From Gemmatimonadota bacterium (lineage in GTDB: Bacteria > Latescibacterota > UBA2968 > UBA8231): a stretch of DNA of 64,000 nucleotides. This document shows positions 47,247 through 57,272 of the stretch, piece after piece. The position numbers were made by a program, and so were the translations under genes. The stretch covers positions 14,162-78,161 of the forward strand of contig JAYOYH010000013.1 of NCBI GenBank assembly GCA_038153405.1, written 5' to 3'. The notes below the pieces were generated by a model that was given only the letters and a program-made list of their open reading frames with translations, ran no database searches and had not been told where the DNA came from. The stretch's first letter is position 1; each line of letters opens with the position of its first letter.

Positions 47247-48371
47247 TCAGCTATTGCCCTGGACGCAGACGTGATCGATAAAGCGCTCGTAGAGGGCAAC
47301 GCCCTTTTTGAGTTGGTCTATTTCAACCCACTCGTCTACGGTGTGCGCCTGGGCGATGTCGCCGGGGCCGAGGACGACCATCTGCTTCATCTTCTTGCCA
47401 AAGGCCATGCCGTCAGTGCCGTAGGGTACGGTCATAGCGCGGCGCTTGCCCGCGATTTTGAGGGCGGTCTTGACGAGGGGTGAATTCGGATCGGTATACA
47501 CCGGTTCGCCTACGTGCCGGATGTCGCACTGTAGGCCGTGCTTGCGCGCACTGGCGCGCGTGCGGTTGATGAGCGACTTGACGTCCACGCCCGGCATGGG
47601 GCGATAGTTTATGGTGCAGACCGAGCTGACGGGGGAGATATTGGTGGCGATATTGTGGTCGTTGATGCCGATGCTCCACTCGGAGTGCGGCGGCTTAAAT
47701 TCCTCGTTGCGAAAGTGCTCATCGCTCAGGACCATGTCGTAGATTTCGCGCATTTCCTGCAGAAAGGGAATCATCTTTATGTTGGCATTGGTGCCCTTCA
47801 GCGTGCTGGTGTGGGCGGCGCGCCCCTTGGATGTGATGACGATAGACATCGAGCCCTTGTGCGCGTAGACGACGTTGAGTCGCGTCGGTTCGCAGATAAT
47901 GCCGTAGCCGCTGCTGGCCTGAGCGAAGAGCTTCGACTTCTTTGTCACCATATGCGCGCCGACGGCCTGCACTTCCTCGTCGGCCGTCACGACAATGAAG
48001 AGGGGTTTCTTTAGATCGGCTTCTCTAAAGCGGGCGGCCGCGCACAGCGTGGCGGCCAGCGGGCCCTTCATATCGCACGAGCCGCGGCCGTAGAGCTTGC
48101 CCCCGACCCGCTTGGGTTTGTACTGTTCTGGTAGGGCGGGCACCACGTCGTCGTGACTCATCAGCGCTAGGCCGCCGCTGCCCTTGCCCAGGCGGGCGAC
48201 AATGGAAACTTTGTCCACGCCGTTCTTATCGACGTAGGGCAAGCGCTCTATTTCGAAATTCAGTTGGGCGAGCACATCGGCGATGCATTCGGTTACTGCG
48301 ACGTTGCTGGTTTGGCTCTCCGATGGGAATGACACCAGCTGGCGGGTGAGCTGTACGACGTCTAATTTCAT
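47247..48371 (-). CDS. M20 family metallopeptidase (ArgE/DapE-like)
   Basis: SHDDVVP, YGRGSCDMKG, ADEE, CEPT, YGTDG, GPGDIAQAHTVDEW. Confidence 0.9.
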   Translation of the reverse strand: MKLDVVQLTRQLVSFPSESQTSNVAVTECIADVLAQLNFEIERLPYVDKNGVDKVSIVARLGKGSGGLALMSHDDVVPALPEQYKPKRVGGKLYGRGSCDMKGPLAATLCAAARFREADLKKPLFIVVTADEEVQAVGAHMVTKKSKLFAQASSGYGIICEPTRLNVVYAHKGSMSIVITSKGRAAHTSTLKGTNANIKMIPFLQEMREIYDMVLSDEHFRNEEFKPPHSEWSIGINDHNIATNISPVSSVCTINYRPMPGVDVKSLINRTRASARKHGLQCDIRHVGEPVYTDPNSPLVKTALKIAGKRRAMTVPYGTDGMAFGKKMKQMVVLGPGDIAQAHTVDEWVEIDQLKKGVALYERFIDHVCVQGNS

Positions 48372-48573
48372 GGCAATTCACTTTCTCTCGTCGGGCGATT
48401 CACTGCGGTGGTGCATGGACAACCCGCTTAACATATCGAGTTGTGACGGGGTCGGCAAGAGAGCGCAAATAGTTGCTGGGTAACAACTTATAAAAATTCA
48501 AAAAAAAGAATAAGTATGAGTTCGGCGCCGGGCCCTAGGTGCCGTCCATTCCCCGCGTGGGAGAGGAGATCGT

Positions 48574-49677
48574 ATGGATGCAATTCGCTTTGGCATTGTC
48601 GGTGCCGTGGGACGTGGAAACTCCTACGTGCGCGCCCTAACGGCGCATCCGGCCACGCAGCTTGTCGCCCTGTGCGATATTCGACTTGAAGAAGCCCGAA
48701 AGAGCGCTGCTGAGTTGGAGATCGAGGGCGTATTTGACAATATGGAAGCGATGCTGGACGCCGGCGGGGTGGACGCCGTGGTCATCGGCACGCCTATGCA
48801 ATTTCACGCCCCACAGGCCTTGGCCGCGTTAGAGCGCGACGTGCACGTGCTCTGCGAAGTGACGGCCGGCGTTTCCATCGAAGAATGTCGCGATTTGGTG
48901 CGGGCAGCGCGCCGCTCGCGCGCCCAGTATATGATGGCGGAAAACTACACCTATATGAAGGGCAATGTGCTGGTGCGCGCGCTGGTCGAGCGCGGCCTAT
49001 TTGGCGAGCTATACTACGGAGAGGGTGCCTATATTCACGAGCTAAAAGGGCTAAATGAGCAAACGCCGTGGCGCCGCCGCTGGCAGACGGGCGTCAACGG
49101 CTCGACCTATCCAACGCATAGCTTGGGCCCGGTCCTGCAGTGGTTTGCGGGCCAGCGGGTGACGGCGGTGTGCGCGGTGGGTACGGGGCACCACTATGTG
49201 GATCCGCGTGGCGAGCAGTATCAGATGGAGGATTCGGTGACGATGATGTGCCGCATGAGCGGCGGGGGTTTGGTAAATATTCGCGTAGATATGCTATCGG
49301 AGCGACCGCATCACATGACGCACTATGCCCTACAGGGCACCGAAGGTTGCTACGAGTCAGGCGATGGCTTTCGCGGGGAGCCGCGCATCTGGCTGCGCTC
49401 GCGTTCGCAAGAACACCGCTGGGAAGCGCTGAGCGAGCTCGAGGAATTTCTGCCCGAATACTGGAGAAACCCGCCGGAAGAAGCCACGCGCGCAGGGCAC
49501 GGCGGCGGCGATTGGTGGGAGGTGCAGGACTTCGTCGACGCCATTCGCCAGAACCGTCCGGCGCCCATCGGCATTGATCTGGCCATGGACATGACCTTGC
49601 CCGGTTTAGCGAGCCAGTCGTCGATTGCCCAAGGGGGGACCTGGGTGGCGGTGCCCGACCCGCGCAACTGGACGTGA
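48574..49677 (+). CDS. Gfo/Idh/MocA family oxidoreductase
   Basis: GIVGAVGRG, TPMQFH, HVLCEV, YPTHSLGP, GHGGGD. Confidence 0.9.
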   Translation: MDAIRFGIVGAVGRGNSYVRALTAHPATQLVALCDIRLEEARKSAAELEIEGVFDNMEAMLDAGGVDAVVIGTPMQFHAPQALAALERDVHVLCEVTAGVSIEECRDLVRAARRSRAQYMMAENYTYMKGNVLVRALVERGLFGELYYGEGAYIHELKGLNEQTPWRRRWQTGVNGSTYPTHSLGPVLQWFAGQRVTAVCAVGTGHHYVDPRGEQYQMEDSVTMMCRMSGGGLVNIRVDMLSERPHHMTHYALQGTEGCYESGDGFRGEPRIWLRSRSQEHRWEALSELEEFLPEYWRNPPEEATRAGHGGGDWWEVQDFVDAIRQNRPAPIGIDLAMDMTLPGLASQSSIAQGGTWVAVPDPRNWT

Positions 49678-50549
49678 ACAGGTACGGAGTGAGCGCGGTG
49701 CTGCACGCTCAGTGGCAAGAGCGGGGATACATCGTCGTGCGCGGTCTGTTGGGCGCCGAGCGCAGTGCGCGCCTGAGAGCCATTGCCGAATCGGTCCTCG
49801 ACCAGTGGCGCATCAACAATCCCGAGAACGGCAAGCCGGGAGGAGATGCCAACGCAACGGTTATGCGGCATCTCAACCACTCGGGCTATTTTTCTGCCCA
49901 ACAGGGCGAAGATCGGCGCGAAATACTGCGCGCCATTGCCGATCCGCAGGTGCTGTCGGTCGGTCGCGCCATTCTTGGTGAGGAAGTGCTGTTCCGCTGC
50001 ACCAGTCTCTTTATGAATCCGCTGGAACGCAGCCTAGACGGCAATTGGCATCGCGACTCGCAGTTTCACTGCCCGCTGGAAGAGGACGAGAAGCGCATGA
50101 TCGCCAACGCTGGTCAGGGCGGCACGAGCATTCAACTACAGGTTGCCCTCGTACCATCCGACGATGTCGAAGTGGTGCCCGGTTCCCACCGACGTTGGGA
50201 TACGCCGGCCGAATACGCCATTCGTCGCGCCGACGAGGGCAACAACAATCGCTCCAATGCCATGCCGGGCGCGCTGCGCGTGGCGCTGCAGGCCGGCGAT
50301 GCGGTCGCCTTTAATCCCTGCGGTTTGCACCGGGGGCGCTATCATACCGACAAACTGCGGCGCACGCTGATGTTGACCTATACGAAGGCGAGTGCGCCGT
50401 GCTCCGACTATTTTTCCGACCAGCCTTGGTTTCTCAGCGAGGGCTATTTGGACGGGTTGGACGGGGATACCCAGGCCTTTTTTGGGCGTTTTATAGAGCA
50501 GTATCGGGCGGACTGGCTGTGCCCTAAGCGCGATGCATCGCCCGCTTAA
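49674..50549 (+). CDS. Phytanoyl-CoA dioxygenase (PhyH) family protein
   Basis: WQERGYIVVRG, WHRDS (HxD), VVPGSH, LHRG. Confidence 0.85.
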   Translation: MNRYGVSAVLHAQWQERGYIVVRGLLGAERSARLRAIAESVLDQWRINNPENGKPGGDANATVMRHLNHSGYFSAQQGEDRREILRAIADPQVLSVGRAILGEEVLFRCTSLFMNPLERSLDGNWHRDSQFHCPLEEDEKRMIANAGQGGTSIQLQVALVPSDDVEVVPGSHRRWDTPAEYAIRRADEGNNNRSNAMPGALRVALQAGDAVAFNPCGLHRGRYHTDKLRRTLMLTYTKASAPCSDYFSDQPWFLSEGYLDGLDGDTQAFFGRFIEQYRADWLCPKRDASPA

Positions 50550-50591
50550 AACAGTATGCACAATCACTTTGGAAAGGGTTGATATCAAGCT

Positions 50592-53066
50592 ATGCTACGC
50601 CGAGTGCAAGCGCACGCTGCGTTCGCTCTTATCGGCCTAGTCGCCAGCACTGCCGGTGCCGGCTACGTCGAGGGCATGCCGTACTTTCACCAATTTAGCA
50701 ACCGCATTAATCCGTCGGGTTCCTGTCAAAATACCTGCGTTGCCATGGTGCTCAAATTCTACGGGGCCGAAGATATCACGCCCGATATGATTTCGGCCAA
50801 ATGGGGCACTTCGGTTGCGCAGTCGACGGGCGGTTTGCGCCAGATATTTGACGAGGAGGCCGCCCTGCGCGGGCTGCGCGTGCGCGATGGGGTTACAGAG
50901 CAGGGCACGCTCGCTGAACTGCACGCCGCACTCGATGCAGGCAAGCCGGTCATTGTGCACGGGGGGTTTTCCACCGTCGGCCATTTAATCGTTTTGGTGG
51001 GGTACGATGCGCGCTATTACTATGCGATGGACCCGGCCAGCAAGTGGAGCCAGATAGTCAATGGCGGATTTACCAATACCGACGACGCCGATATCGGCCG
51101 CTATACGCGCTACGGTCGTCAGGCCGTAGAGGCCGCCATCGTCTCCAGCGACCACCGCCGCTCTATCCGCATGCACGTGCCTTACGTTCAGCCAGGCCCT
51201 CTGCGCGGCCAATGGCAGGGGATATGGGCCGATACGCTAATCGCAGGCGAGCCGGTCCGCCTGCGCGCCCGTTTGGCCGTGGAGGCGGAAGAAATCGGTG
51301 CAATCGAGGCGTGGGCAGATCTGGGCGAGTTGGGAGGCAATGTCCGACAGCCCCTGCGCGCGCTGGACGATGGAGCATTTGAATTGGACGCGGACTTTCA
51401 GGCATCGGCACAGACTGGACGACGAACGCTGCGGGTCCTTCTGCGACAGGGCGATGTCGAGGAGGTTCTGAGCCGAAGGGTCGTGCTCGTGCCGCCGGTA
51501 AATGCATCCGTAGCTGGCGATGCGCTGAGCGCAGAGTGGGAGCAGCGCTTAGTGCTCAATGCAGAGGTTAACTGGCAAGAGAAAGTGGCATTCGAGGGGA
51601 TGCGAGCACTGGCGGTAGACGCGCGCTCGTTCACCCTTGAACTCGCCCCATTTGCCCCGCTTGACTTGGCTGGCTACCGCGCGTTGCGCTTTGCATTCCA
51701 CCCCGGCGAGGCGACGGCAGGGCTGCGGCCGGCCTTTGCCGTGCAGCTCAATCGCGACGCGCGGAAAATAGAGCCGCTGCTGGGGGCAGGGGGCATGCCC
51801 GGTGTCGCCATCGATCTCGAATCGCCGACTTGGCAGACGGTGGAAATACCGCTGTGGGCATTTTATCCACTGGAGGATCCGCTCGCGTCGATTACCTTCT
51901 TCGGGAATTTGCGCGGCCGTTTTTTCCTCGACGATATTCAACTCGTCAGCGCTCGTTTTCCGGCGCCGCACGTGCGCGGTGAGTGGGTGGGCGCTCTGCC
52001 CGATACGCTGTTGAATGGAACGATATGGGTGCTGGAGCAAGACCTGCGCGTCTACAGCACCGAGGCCGACGGGGCTGCTCCACAGGTTGTGGCCGATCTC
52101 AGCGGGTTGGGTGGAGATCGCGCTCATCCGCTGCAGCAAATGGGCAATGGCCTCTATCGCTTGCGTGCCGAACTGCCCGTAGAACTGGTAAATGGTCGAC
52201 GCGAAATAGCGGTGCACATACGCCAGCAGAGTAACGCCGGTCTGCTGCAGTCGCAGGTGCGCCATGGTTTAGTGGTGCTACCGCGCCAGGATCAGGTCGT
52301 CTTTGACGAAGGCTTTGGCGGCAATTGGGCCTCGGGTTTTGTGTCCAATGCAGAAGTGTATGACGCCAGCGAAAATGCCTTAGTAGGTGCGCTGTCGCGG
52401 GGCATACGCGCCAGCGCATTCACCGTTGAGTTCCTGCCGATCCAGCCCGTCGAAGCGGCCGGCTATCGCGCCCTGCACTTTGCCTTTCATCCGGGCAGTG
52501 CGACCGTCGGCCCGCGCCCCGCCTTTAACGTCATGCTCAACGGCGATGCGCCTTCGCAGGTAATGCTATTCGACGGCGAAGGGGCCGAAGTGGACATGGG
52601 GCGAGCCGAATGGCAGCGCGTCGAGATTCCACTCGAGCGCTTTTATCGCCTCGATGGACCGATTGCGTCGCTGCGGATATTGGGCAATTTGCGCGGAACG
52701 TTTTACATCGACGACGTGCGCTTGGTAGCCGGTCGACGGGCCGGTATCTACACCGCCGTAATCGAAGAGGAAGCGGATTGGCAGCCGAGAAACTCGGTCC
52801 TGATGCAAAATGCGCCCAATCCATTTAACGGCGAGACCGCTATTGGCTTCGCCCTGTCCGAGGCAGGAGACGTTCAGCTGAGTGTCTTTAATCTGGCCGG
52901 TCAGCGCGTGGCGACGCTGGCTTCGGAGTGGGCGGAAGCGGGCGAGCACCTGCTGCATTGGGACGGTCGCAGCGACCGCGGCACGGCACTGGCCACGGGA
53001 CTGTATATTTATCGCTTGCACACACCAACGGGCGCGACGAGCAGGAAAATGCTCATCGTGCGCTAA
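50592..53066 (+). CDS. Secreted C39-like cysteine peptidase with duplicated Ig/CBM-like module and FlgD-Ig-type C-terminal domain
   Basis: Signal peptide. PYFHQ...SCQNTCVAM, GHLIVLVGYD, MDPA. Two ~250-aa repeats. QNAPNPFN...GLYIYRL...RKMLIVR. Confidence 0.8.
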   Translation: MLRRVQAHAAFALIGLVASTAGAGYVEGMPYFHQFSNRINPSGSCQNTCVAMVLKFYGAEDITPDMISAKWGTSVAQSTGGLRQIFDEEAALRGLRVRDGVTEQGTLAELHAALDAGKPVIVHGGFSTVGHLIVLVGYDARYYYAMDPASKWSQIVNGGFTNTDDADIGRYTRYGRQAVEAAIVSSDHRRSIRMHVPYVQPGPLRGQWQGIWADTLIAGEPVRLRARLAVEAEEIGAIEAWADLGELGGNVRQPLRALDDGAFELDADFQASAQTGRRTLRVLLRQGDVEEVLSRRVVLVPPVNASVAGDALSAEWEQRLVLNAEVNWQEKVAFEGMRALAVDARSFTLELAPFAPLDLAGYRALRFAFHPGEATAGLRPAFAVQLNRDARKIEPLLGAGGMPGVAIDLESPTWQTVEIPLWAFYPLEDPLASITFFGNLRGRFFLDDIQLVSARFPAPHVRGEWVGALPDTLLNGTIWVLEQDLRVYSTEADGAAPQVVADLSGLGGDRAHPLQQMGNGLYRLRAELPVELVNGRREIAVHIRQQSNAGLLQSQVRHGLVVLPRQDQVVFDEGFGGNWASGFVSNAEVYDASENALVGALSRGIRASAFTVEFLPIQPVEAAGYRALHFAFHPGSATVGPRPAFNVMLNGDAPSQVMLFDGEGAEVDMGRAEWQRVEIPLERFYRLDGPIASLRILGNLRGTFYIDDVRLVAGRRAGIYTAVIEEEADWQPRNSVLMQNAPNPFNGETAIGFALSEAGDVQLSVFNLAGQRVATLASEWAEAGEHLLHWDGRSDRGTALATGLYIYRLHTPTGATSRKMLIVR

Positions 53067-53079
53067 GGGGGAATGACCT

Positions 53080-53796
53080 ATGAAACCACTTCGCATCGGG
53101 GCCCATCGCGGGGCCATGGGCCATGCGCCAGAAAATACCCTAGCCGCATTTACAACGGCCATTGAGCAAAATGCCTATCGAATCGAATTCGATATTCGCC
53201 GCACGCGCGATGGCGAATTGGTGGTCATTCACGACGCGACCGTAGACCGCACGACCGACGGCCGCGGCGCCGTGGCCGATTTGACGCTGGGCGAGTTGAA
53301 ACGGTTGCGCAGCGGCGATCAGGAAATTCCGACCTTTGCCGAAGCGATAGAGTGCATGCGCGATCGGGCGCGCCTGTTGGTAGAGTTTAAGGAAGGCGAT
53401 CTGGCCGAGCAGGCCGTGCGCCAGATCGAGGCGGCCGGCGTAGTCGAGCAGTGCACCCTATCGAGCTTTCACGAAGAGGCGCTGCTGGAGTCCCGAGCGC
53501 TCAATCCGCGCATAGAAATCGCCTACTTTCTCGTCGAACCCAAGCCTTTTGATGCCGCCGAAGTCGTCGAGCGTTTGGGCGCTGGTTTGCTCATCGTTTG
53601 GCCCGTGGCGGCCCGTCCGGAATTCATAGCCGACGCGCGGGCGCGCGGGCTGGACGTGCGCTGTGGATTTCGCGACGATCTGAGCTTTGAGGAGACGCGC
53701 GAGCGCTTTCGCGCATTGGCGGCCATGGGCGTCGGCGAATTTTCCTGCGGTCGCCCCGACTGGATTGGCGCGCTCATCGCCGAGTGGGAAGGATAG
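53080..53796 (+). CDS. Glycerophosphodiester phosphodiesterase
   Basis: AHRGA...PENTLAAF, IEFDIRRTRDG..VVIHD.TVDRTT, IPTF.E, VEFK. Confidence 0.92.
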   Translation: MKPLRIGAHRGAMGHAPENTLAAFTTAIEQNAYRIEFDIRRTRDGELVVIHDATVDRTTDGRGAVADLTLGELKRLRSGDQEIPTFAEAIECMRDRARLLVEFKEGDLAEQAVRQIEAAGVVEQCTLSSFHEEALLESRALNPRIEIAYFLVEPKPFDAAEVVERLGAGLLIVWPVAARPEFIADARARGLDVRCGFRDDLSFEETRERFRALAAMGVGEFSCGRPDWIGALIAEWEG

Positions 53797-53822
53797 CGCC
53801 AATGGTCGCATTGCCCTCGGGC

Positions 53823-54299
53823 TTATCGCCTTAAGAAATGGGGTACGCTGGCTAGAAAGGGCGCGGCAGCCTCGCAGATATGATCGACGACGCGTTCGAT
53901 GTGTTGGTTGCGTGCTGCGGTATTTTGCGCATGGTCCGGCACGGCTTCCCAGGTGTCGAGGACGGCTTCCCGTTGTCCGAAGGCCACTTCGTTAAACAGC
54001 GGGACCGATGTGCCATAGTGTTCTTCAATAAAGGCGGCGTGGTCCAGGCCCATGGCGACGACGAGGTCGGCGGTAGATAGGAGGTCGAGCGTCAGCTTGC
54101 GCTGAATATGGCCGCCGGGATCGATCCCGCGCGCGCTCAGACCCCGGCGCACTAAATCGACCATATCCTGCGGGGCGGCCTCGGTGCCGGCCGAACTAAA
54201 TGCGTAAGACGAGCCGGGTCCAGCCGCGTGGCGCAGCGCTTTTTCGGCCAGCGCACTGCGAAAAATGTTGCCGGTGCAGACGAAGAGCACGTGCGGCAT
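53823..54299 (-). CDS. Low-molecular-weight phosphatase / ArsC-like protein
   Basis: VLFVCTGNIFRSALAE, SAGT, ADLVVAM. Confidence 0.85.
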   Translation of the reverse strand: MPHVLFVCTGNIFRSALAEKALRHAAGPGSSYAFSSAGTEAAPQDMVDLVRRGLSARGIDPGGHIQRKLTLDLLSTADLVVAMGLDHAAFIEEHYGTSVPLFNEVAFGQREAVLDTWEAVPDHAQNTAARNQHIERVVDHICEAAAPFLASVPHFLRR

Positions 54300-55549
54300 T
54301 AGCGCACCCGAACGCCGGCTTGGAATACGGCGGTTACCGCACTGCAGGCGCGTATGTCGCGCGTTGGGTCGCCGGCCAGCGCCACGATATCGGCTATGTG
54401 CCCTTTTTCCAGCGTGCCCAATTCGTCCTGAAGACCAATGGCTTGCGCCGAAATGCGCGTGGCCGATCGCAGCGCTTCACCCGGGCTGAATCCCACCTCG
54501 ACAAGCAGGCGCAGATCGTAGTCTAAGTGGCCGAAGGCCAGCATGCCCACGCCCGAGTCGGTGCCGGGCACGATGCGCTCCAATCCGCAGATTTCAATCG
54601 TGCGCCGCATGATGTCCAGCCGCGTTGCGGCGCGCTTGCGCAGTGCGGCTAGTTGGCCTTCTTCCTCTGCTGTGGCCGCACCGGCATCGCGCTTTTCTTC
54701 TAGCGCAGCGATGCGCGGATACTGCGTCCATGCCTGCAGCGTTGGGCTGATCCACACCCCACACTCGGCCATTTTCTCGGCTAGATCGGGATCAAAGCGC
54801 ATCACGTCATCTGCATCGAGGAACTCGGCGTGTTCGATTAGGTCGATGCCGGCAGCCACTGCCCGCTGCATAGATTCTTTTGCGCGGCAGTGGGCCGCCG
54901 TCAGGCGATGCAGATGGTGGGCTTCGTGTACGGCGGCGTGCAGCTCTTCCTGCGAATAGGACGCGCGGCCTGGGATCGTTCCGGCGGTTCCCCCTCCGGA
55001 AGCCATGAGCTTTATGTAGTCCGCCCCTTCGTGGACCAGACGGCGGACCGATCGGCGCATCTCTTCGGGGCCATCGGCGACCTCGTTGCACATGTGAAAA
55101 TGGCCGCCGGTACAGGTGATGGGCCGGCCGCATACCTGCATGCGCGGGCCGGGGATATAGCCCTTGCCTAGCCCTTCTTTAAGGACAAACCCCACCTTGT
55201 TGCGTGCGCCGTGTTCGCGGATGGTGGTGATGCCAGCGTCTAAATGGCGGCGCAGGTTCATCGCGCCAGTGAGCACCATTAGCTCATCCGAATCGCTAAA
55301 CATCTCGGCGTAGGAGCGTCCATCGCCGCCCAGGCTCAGGTGGGTATGGCTGTCGATAAGACCCGGTATGAGCGTGGCGTCACCCAGGTCCACGCGCTCG
55401 GTTTCGGGTGGGGCCATGCGCTCAATGTCTACACTCGGGCCAACGGCGCCAATGCGCTCTCCGTCGACTAGGACGGCTCCCGATGGCATACAGGAGGTAG
55501 ATAGGCCGTCAAAGAGGCGATCGGCTGTGATAAGCATCGGCATGGGCAA
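54299..55549 (-). CDS. Amidohydrolase family protein
   Basis: PGLIDSHTHL, IKLMASGG, AAHC, IEHA, GTDSG, GHIADIV. Confidence 0.92.
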   Translation of the reverse strand: MPMPMLITADRLFDGLSTSCMPSGAVLVDGERIGAVGPSVDIERMAPPETERVDLGDATLIPGLIDSHTHLSLGGDGRSYAEMFSDSDELMVLTGAMNLRRHLDAGITTIREHGARNKVGFVLKEGLGKGYIPGPRMQVCGRPITCTGGHFHMCNEVADGPEEMRRSVRRLVHEGADYIKLMASGGGTAGTIPGRASYSQEELHAAVHEAHHLHRLTAAHCRAKESMQRAVAAGIDLIEHAEFLDADDVMRFDPDLAEKMAECGVWISPTLQAWTQYPRIAALEEKRDAGAATAEEEGQLAALRKRAATRLDIMRRTIEICGLERIVPGTDSGVGMLAFGHLDYDLRLLVEVGFSPGEALRSATRISAQAIGLQDELGTLEKGHIADIVALAGDPTRDIRACSAVTAVFQAGVRVR

Positions 55550-55555
55550 TACCTC

Positions 55556-56206
55556 TTACCAAGTGATGGGCGCTTGTTCGTGCGCCGCTAAGTAGGCGTT
55601 GGCTTGCGAAAAGTGGCGGCAGCCAAAAAAGCCGCGGTAGGCAGATAGGGGAGATGGATGCGCCGATTCGAGCACCCGGTGGCGGTCGGCATCGATCAGC
55701 GCGCGCTTGGATTGGGCGTGGGCGCCCCACAGTATGAAGACCAGATATCGGCGATGCTGGCTGAGCGTCTCGACGATTTGATCGGTTAATGCGTGCCAGC
55801 CCAGTTTCTGATGCGAGCCGGCTCGTCCCGCTTCGACGGTCAGAGATGAATTGAGCAGCAGCACCCCTTGGCGCGCCCATCGCTCGAGATCTGTCGAGAA
55901 GGCGGGGGGAGCGCCGCCGTATATGTCGTTGGCAACTTCCTTAAAGATGTTGCGCAGGGAGGGCGGCGCTTTAACGCCGTCGGGCACTGAAAAGGCCAAA
56001 CCGTGTGCCTGGCCTTCGCCGTGATAGGGATCTTGGCCGAGGATTACGGCGCGAACGTCGTTAAATGGGGTGAGCTCCAGCGCGCGAAAAACGCGATCGC
56101 CGGGCGGGTAGATGGCGCGTGTCTGCCGCAGCTTTTCGACTCGTTGTATGAGGGCTTCCGCGCGCCCATCGCGCAGCATGGGTATGGTGTGATTCCAACT
56201 GTGCAC
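55556..56206 (-). CDS. ung: Uracil-DNA glycosylase (family 1)
   Basis: VILGQDPYH, QAHGLAFSV, PPSLRNI, GVLLLN, HPSPLS. GTG 56206 chosen as start, which avoids overlap with the upstream gene. Confidence 0.95.
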   Translation of the reverse strand: MHSWNHTIPMLRDGRAEALIQRVEKLRQTRAIYPPGDRVFRALELTPFNDVRAVILGQDPYHGEGQAHGLAFSVPDGVKAPPSLRNIFKEVANDIYGGAPPAFSTDLERWARQGVLLLNSSLTVEAGRAGSHQKLGWHALTDQIVETLSQHRRYLVFILWGAHAQSKRALIDADRHRVLESAHPSPLSAYRGFFGCRHFSQANAYLAAHEQAPITW

Positions 56207-56225
56207 GAGATCTCTCAGAAAGCGG

Positions 56226-57185
56226 TCAAAGTTGCGCCCGCGGCGGCAAACCGTCCCAGACGCGCTGTAAGTTATCGAATACAAAGGCGCCGCGCCGCCC
56301 CCAGGTGTCGCGGGTGACGCCGGCCGCATGCGGCGTATACAGGGCATTGGGATGGGCTAAGAGGGGATCGCCGGCGACAATGGGTTCCGCTTCAAATACG
56401 TCGATACCGGCCCCGGCAATGCGCCCCTCGCGCAGGGCATTGGAGAGGGCTTGTTGGTCGACGACGGGGCCGCGGCAGGTGTTGATGAGCAGGGCATCTT
56501 TCTTCATATGTGCCAATTGCGCAGCGCCGATTAAATGGCGCGTATTGGGCAGCAGCGGCACGTGCAGAGAGACGATATCGGCGCAGGATAACAGGTGGTC
56601 GAGCGGCAGGCGGCCAATGCCTAATGCGCGCTCGGTTTCGGGATCAGCCGCAACTGGATCGCTGTATGCGAGGTGGGCTCCGAGCGCGGCAAAGAGCTGG
56701 GCCACCCGCCGGCCGATGTGGCCTAGACCGACAATGCCCAGCGTCTTGCCGTGTACCGTTCGCGTTTCCGACCCCAGCGAGACGGCGCTCCACTGCCCGG
56801 CGCGCACGGTGCGGTCGAGGTCGACTAAGCGGCGATAGAGACCTAGTGTTAGGGCCAGTGTGTGTTCGGCCACGTCGATGGCGTTGGTTCCTCCGTTATT
56901 GGCAACGGGAACACCAAGCTGTTTGCACAGCGATAGGTTCATCTGGTCAAAGCCGGCGCTGACCAATTGGATAAGGCGCAAATGAGGAGCCGATGCCAGC
57001 ACGTCGTCGGCAAGGCGACCGGGGAAGAGAATGAGAAAGTGGGCGTCGCGCAGTAACTCTACCTTGTCACTATCGGCTAGGCTGGTAGGATGCGTCTCGA
57101 TGCGGAAATGGGCGGGAGCGCAGGCGGTGATACACTGCGCTTGCTCTGCGGGTAGGTCGGTGAAGAAGATGGTTTTGATCATCAA
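56226..57185 (-). CDS. D-isomer-specific 2-hydroxyacid dehydrogenase
   Basis: VAEHT, GIVGLGHIG, SLHVP, LINTCRG, DVFEAEP, TPHAAG. Confidence 0.93.
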   Translation of the reverse strand: MMIKTIFFTDLPAEQAQCITACAPAHFRIETHPTSLADSDKVELLRDAHFLILFPGRLADDVLASAPHLRLIQLVSAGFDQMNLSLCKQLGVPVANNGGTNAIDVAEHTLALTLGLYRRLVDLDRTVRAGQWSAVSLGSETRTVHGKTLGIVGLGHIGRRVAQLFAALGAHLAYSDPVAADPETERALGIGRLPLDHLLSCADIVSLHVPLLPNTRHLIGAAQLAHMKKDALLINTCRGPVVDQQALSNALREGRIAGAGIDVFEAEPIVAGDPLLAHPNALYTPHAAGVTRDTWGRRGAFVFDNLQRVWDGLPPRAQL

Positions 57186-57198
57186 TAAGGCCAGCTGT

Positions 57199-57228
57199 TT
57201 GAATGGAGCGCTCCGTTTTTTTTATACT
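57199..57228 (+). promoter_or_regulatory. Putative sigma70 promoter TTGAAT-N18-TATACT containing palindrome AATGGAGCGCTCCGTT
   Basis: In the divergent intergenic gap. Near-perfect 16-bp palindrome at 57202-57217. Confidence 0.5.
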
Positions 57229-57272
57229 ATGAGGACAAGATCACGCTGCCGCAAGGGCAGGGGGAAAACAGC

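Noticed and set aside
56207..56347. Long overlap between ung and the 2-hydroxyacid dehydrogenase gene
   Set aside because: Artefact of longest-ORF start choice. A GTG at 56206 gives a normal-length Ung with no overlap.
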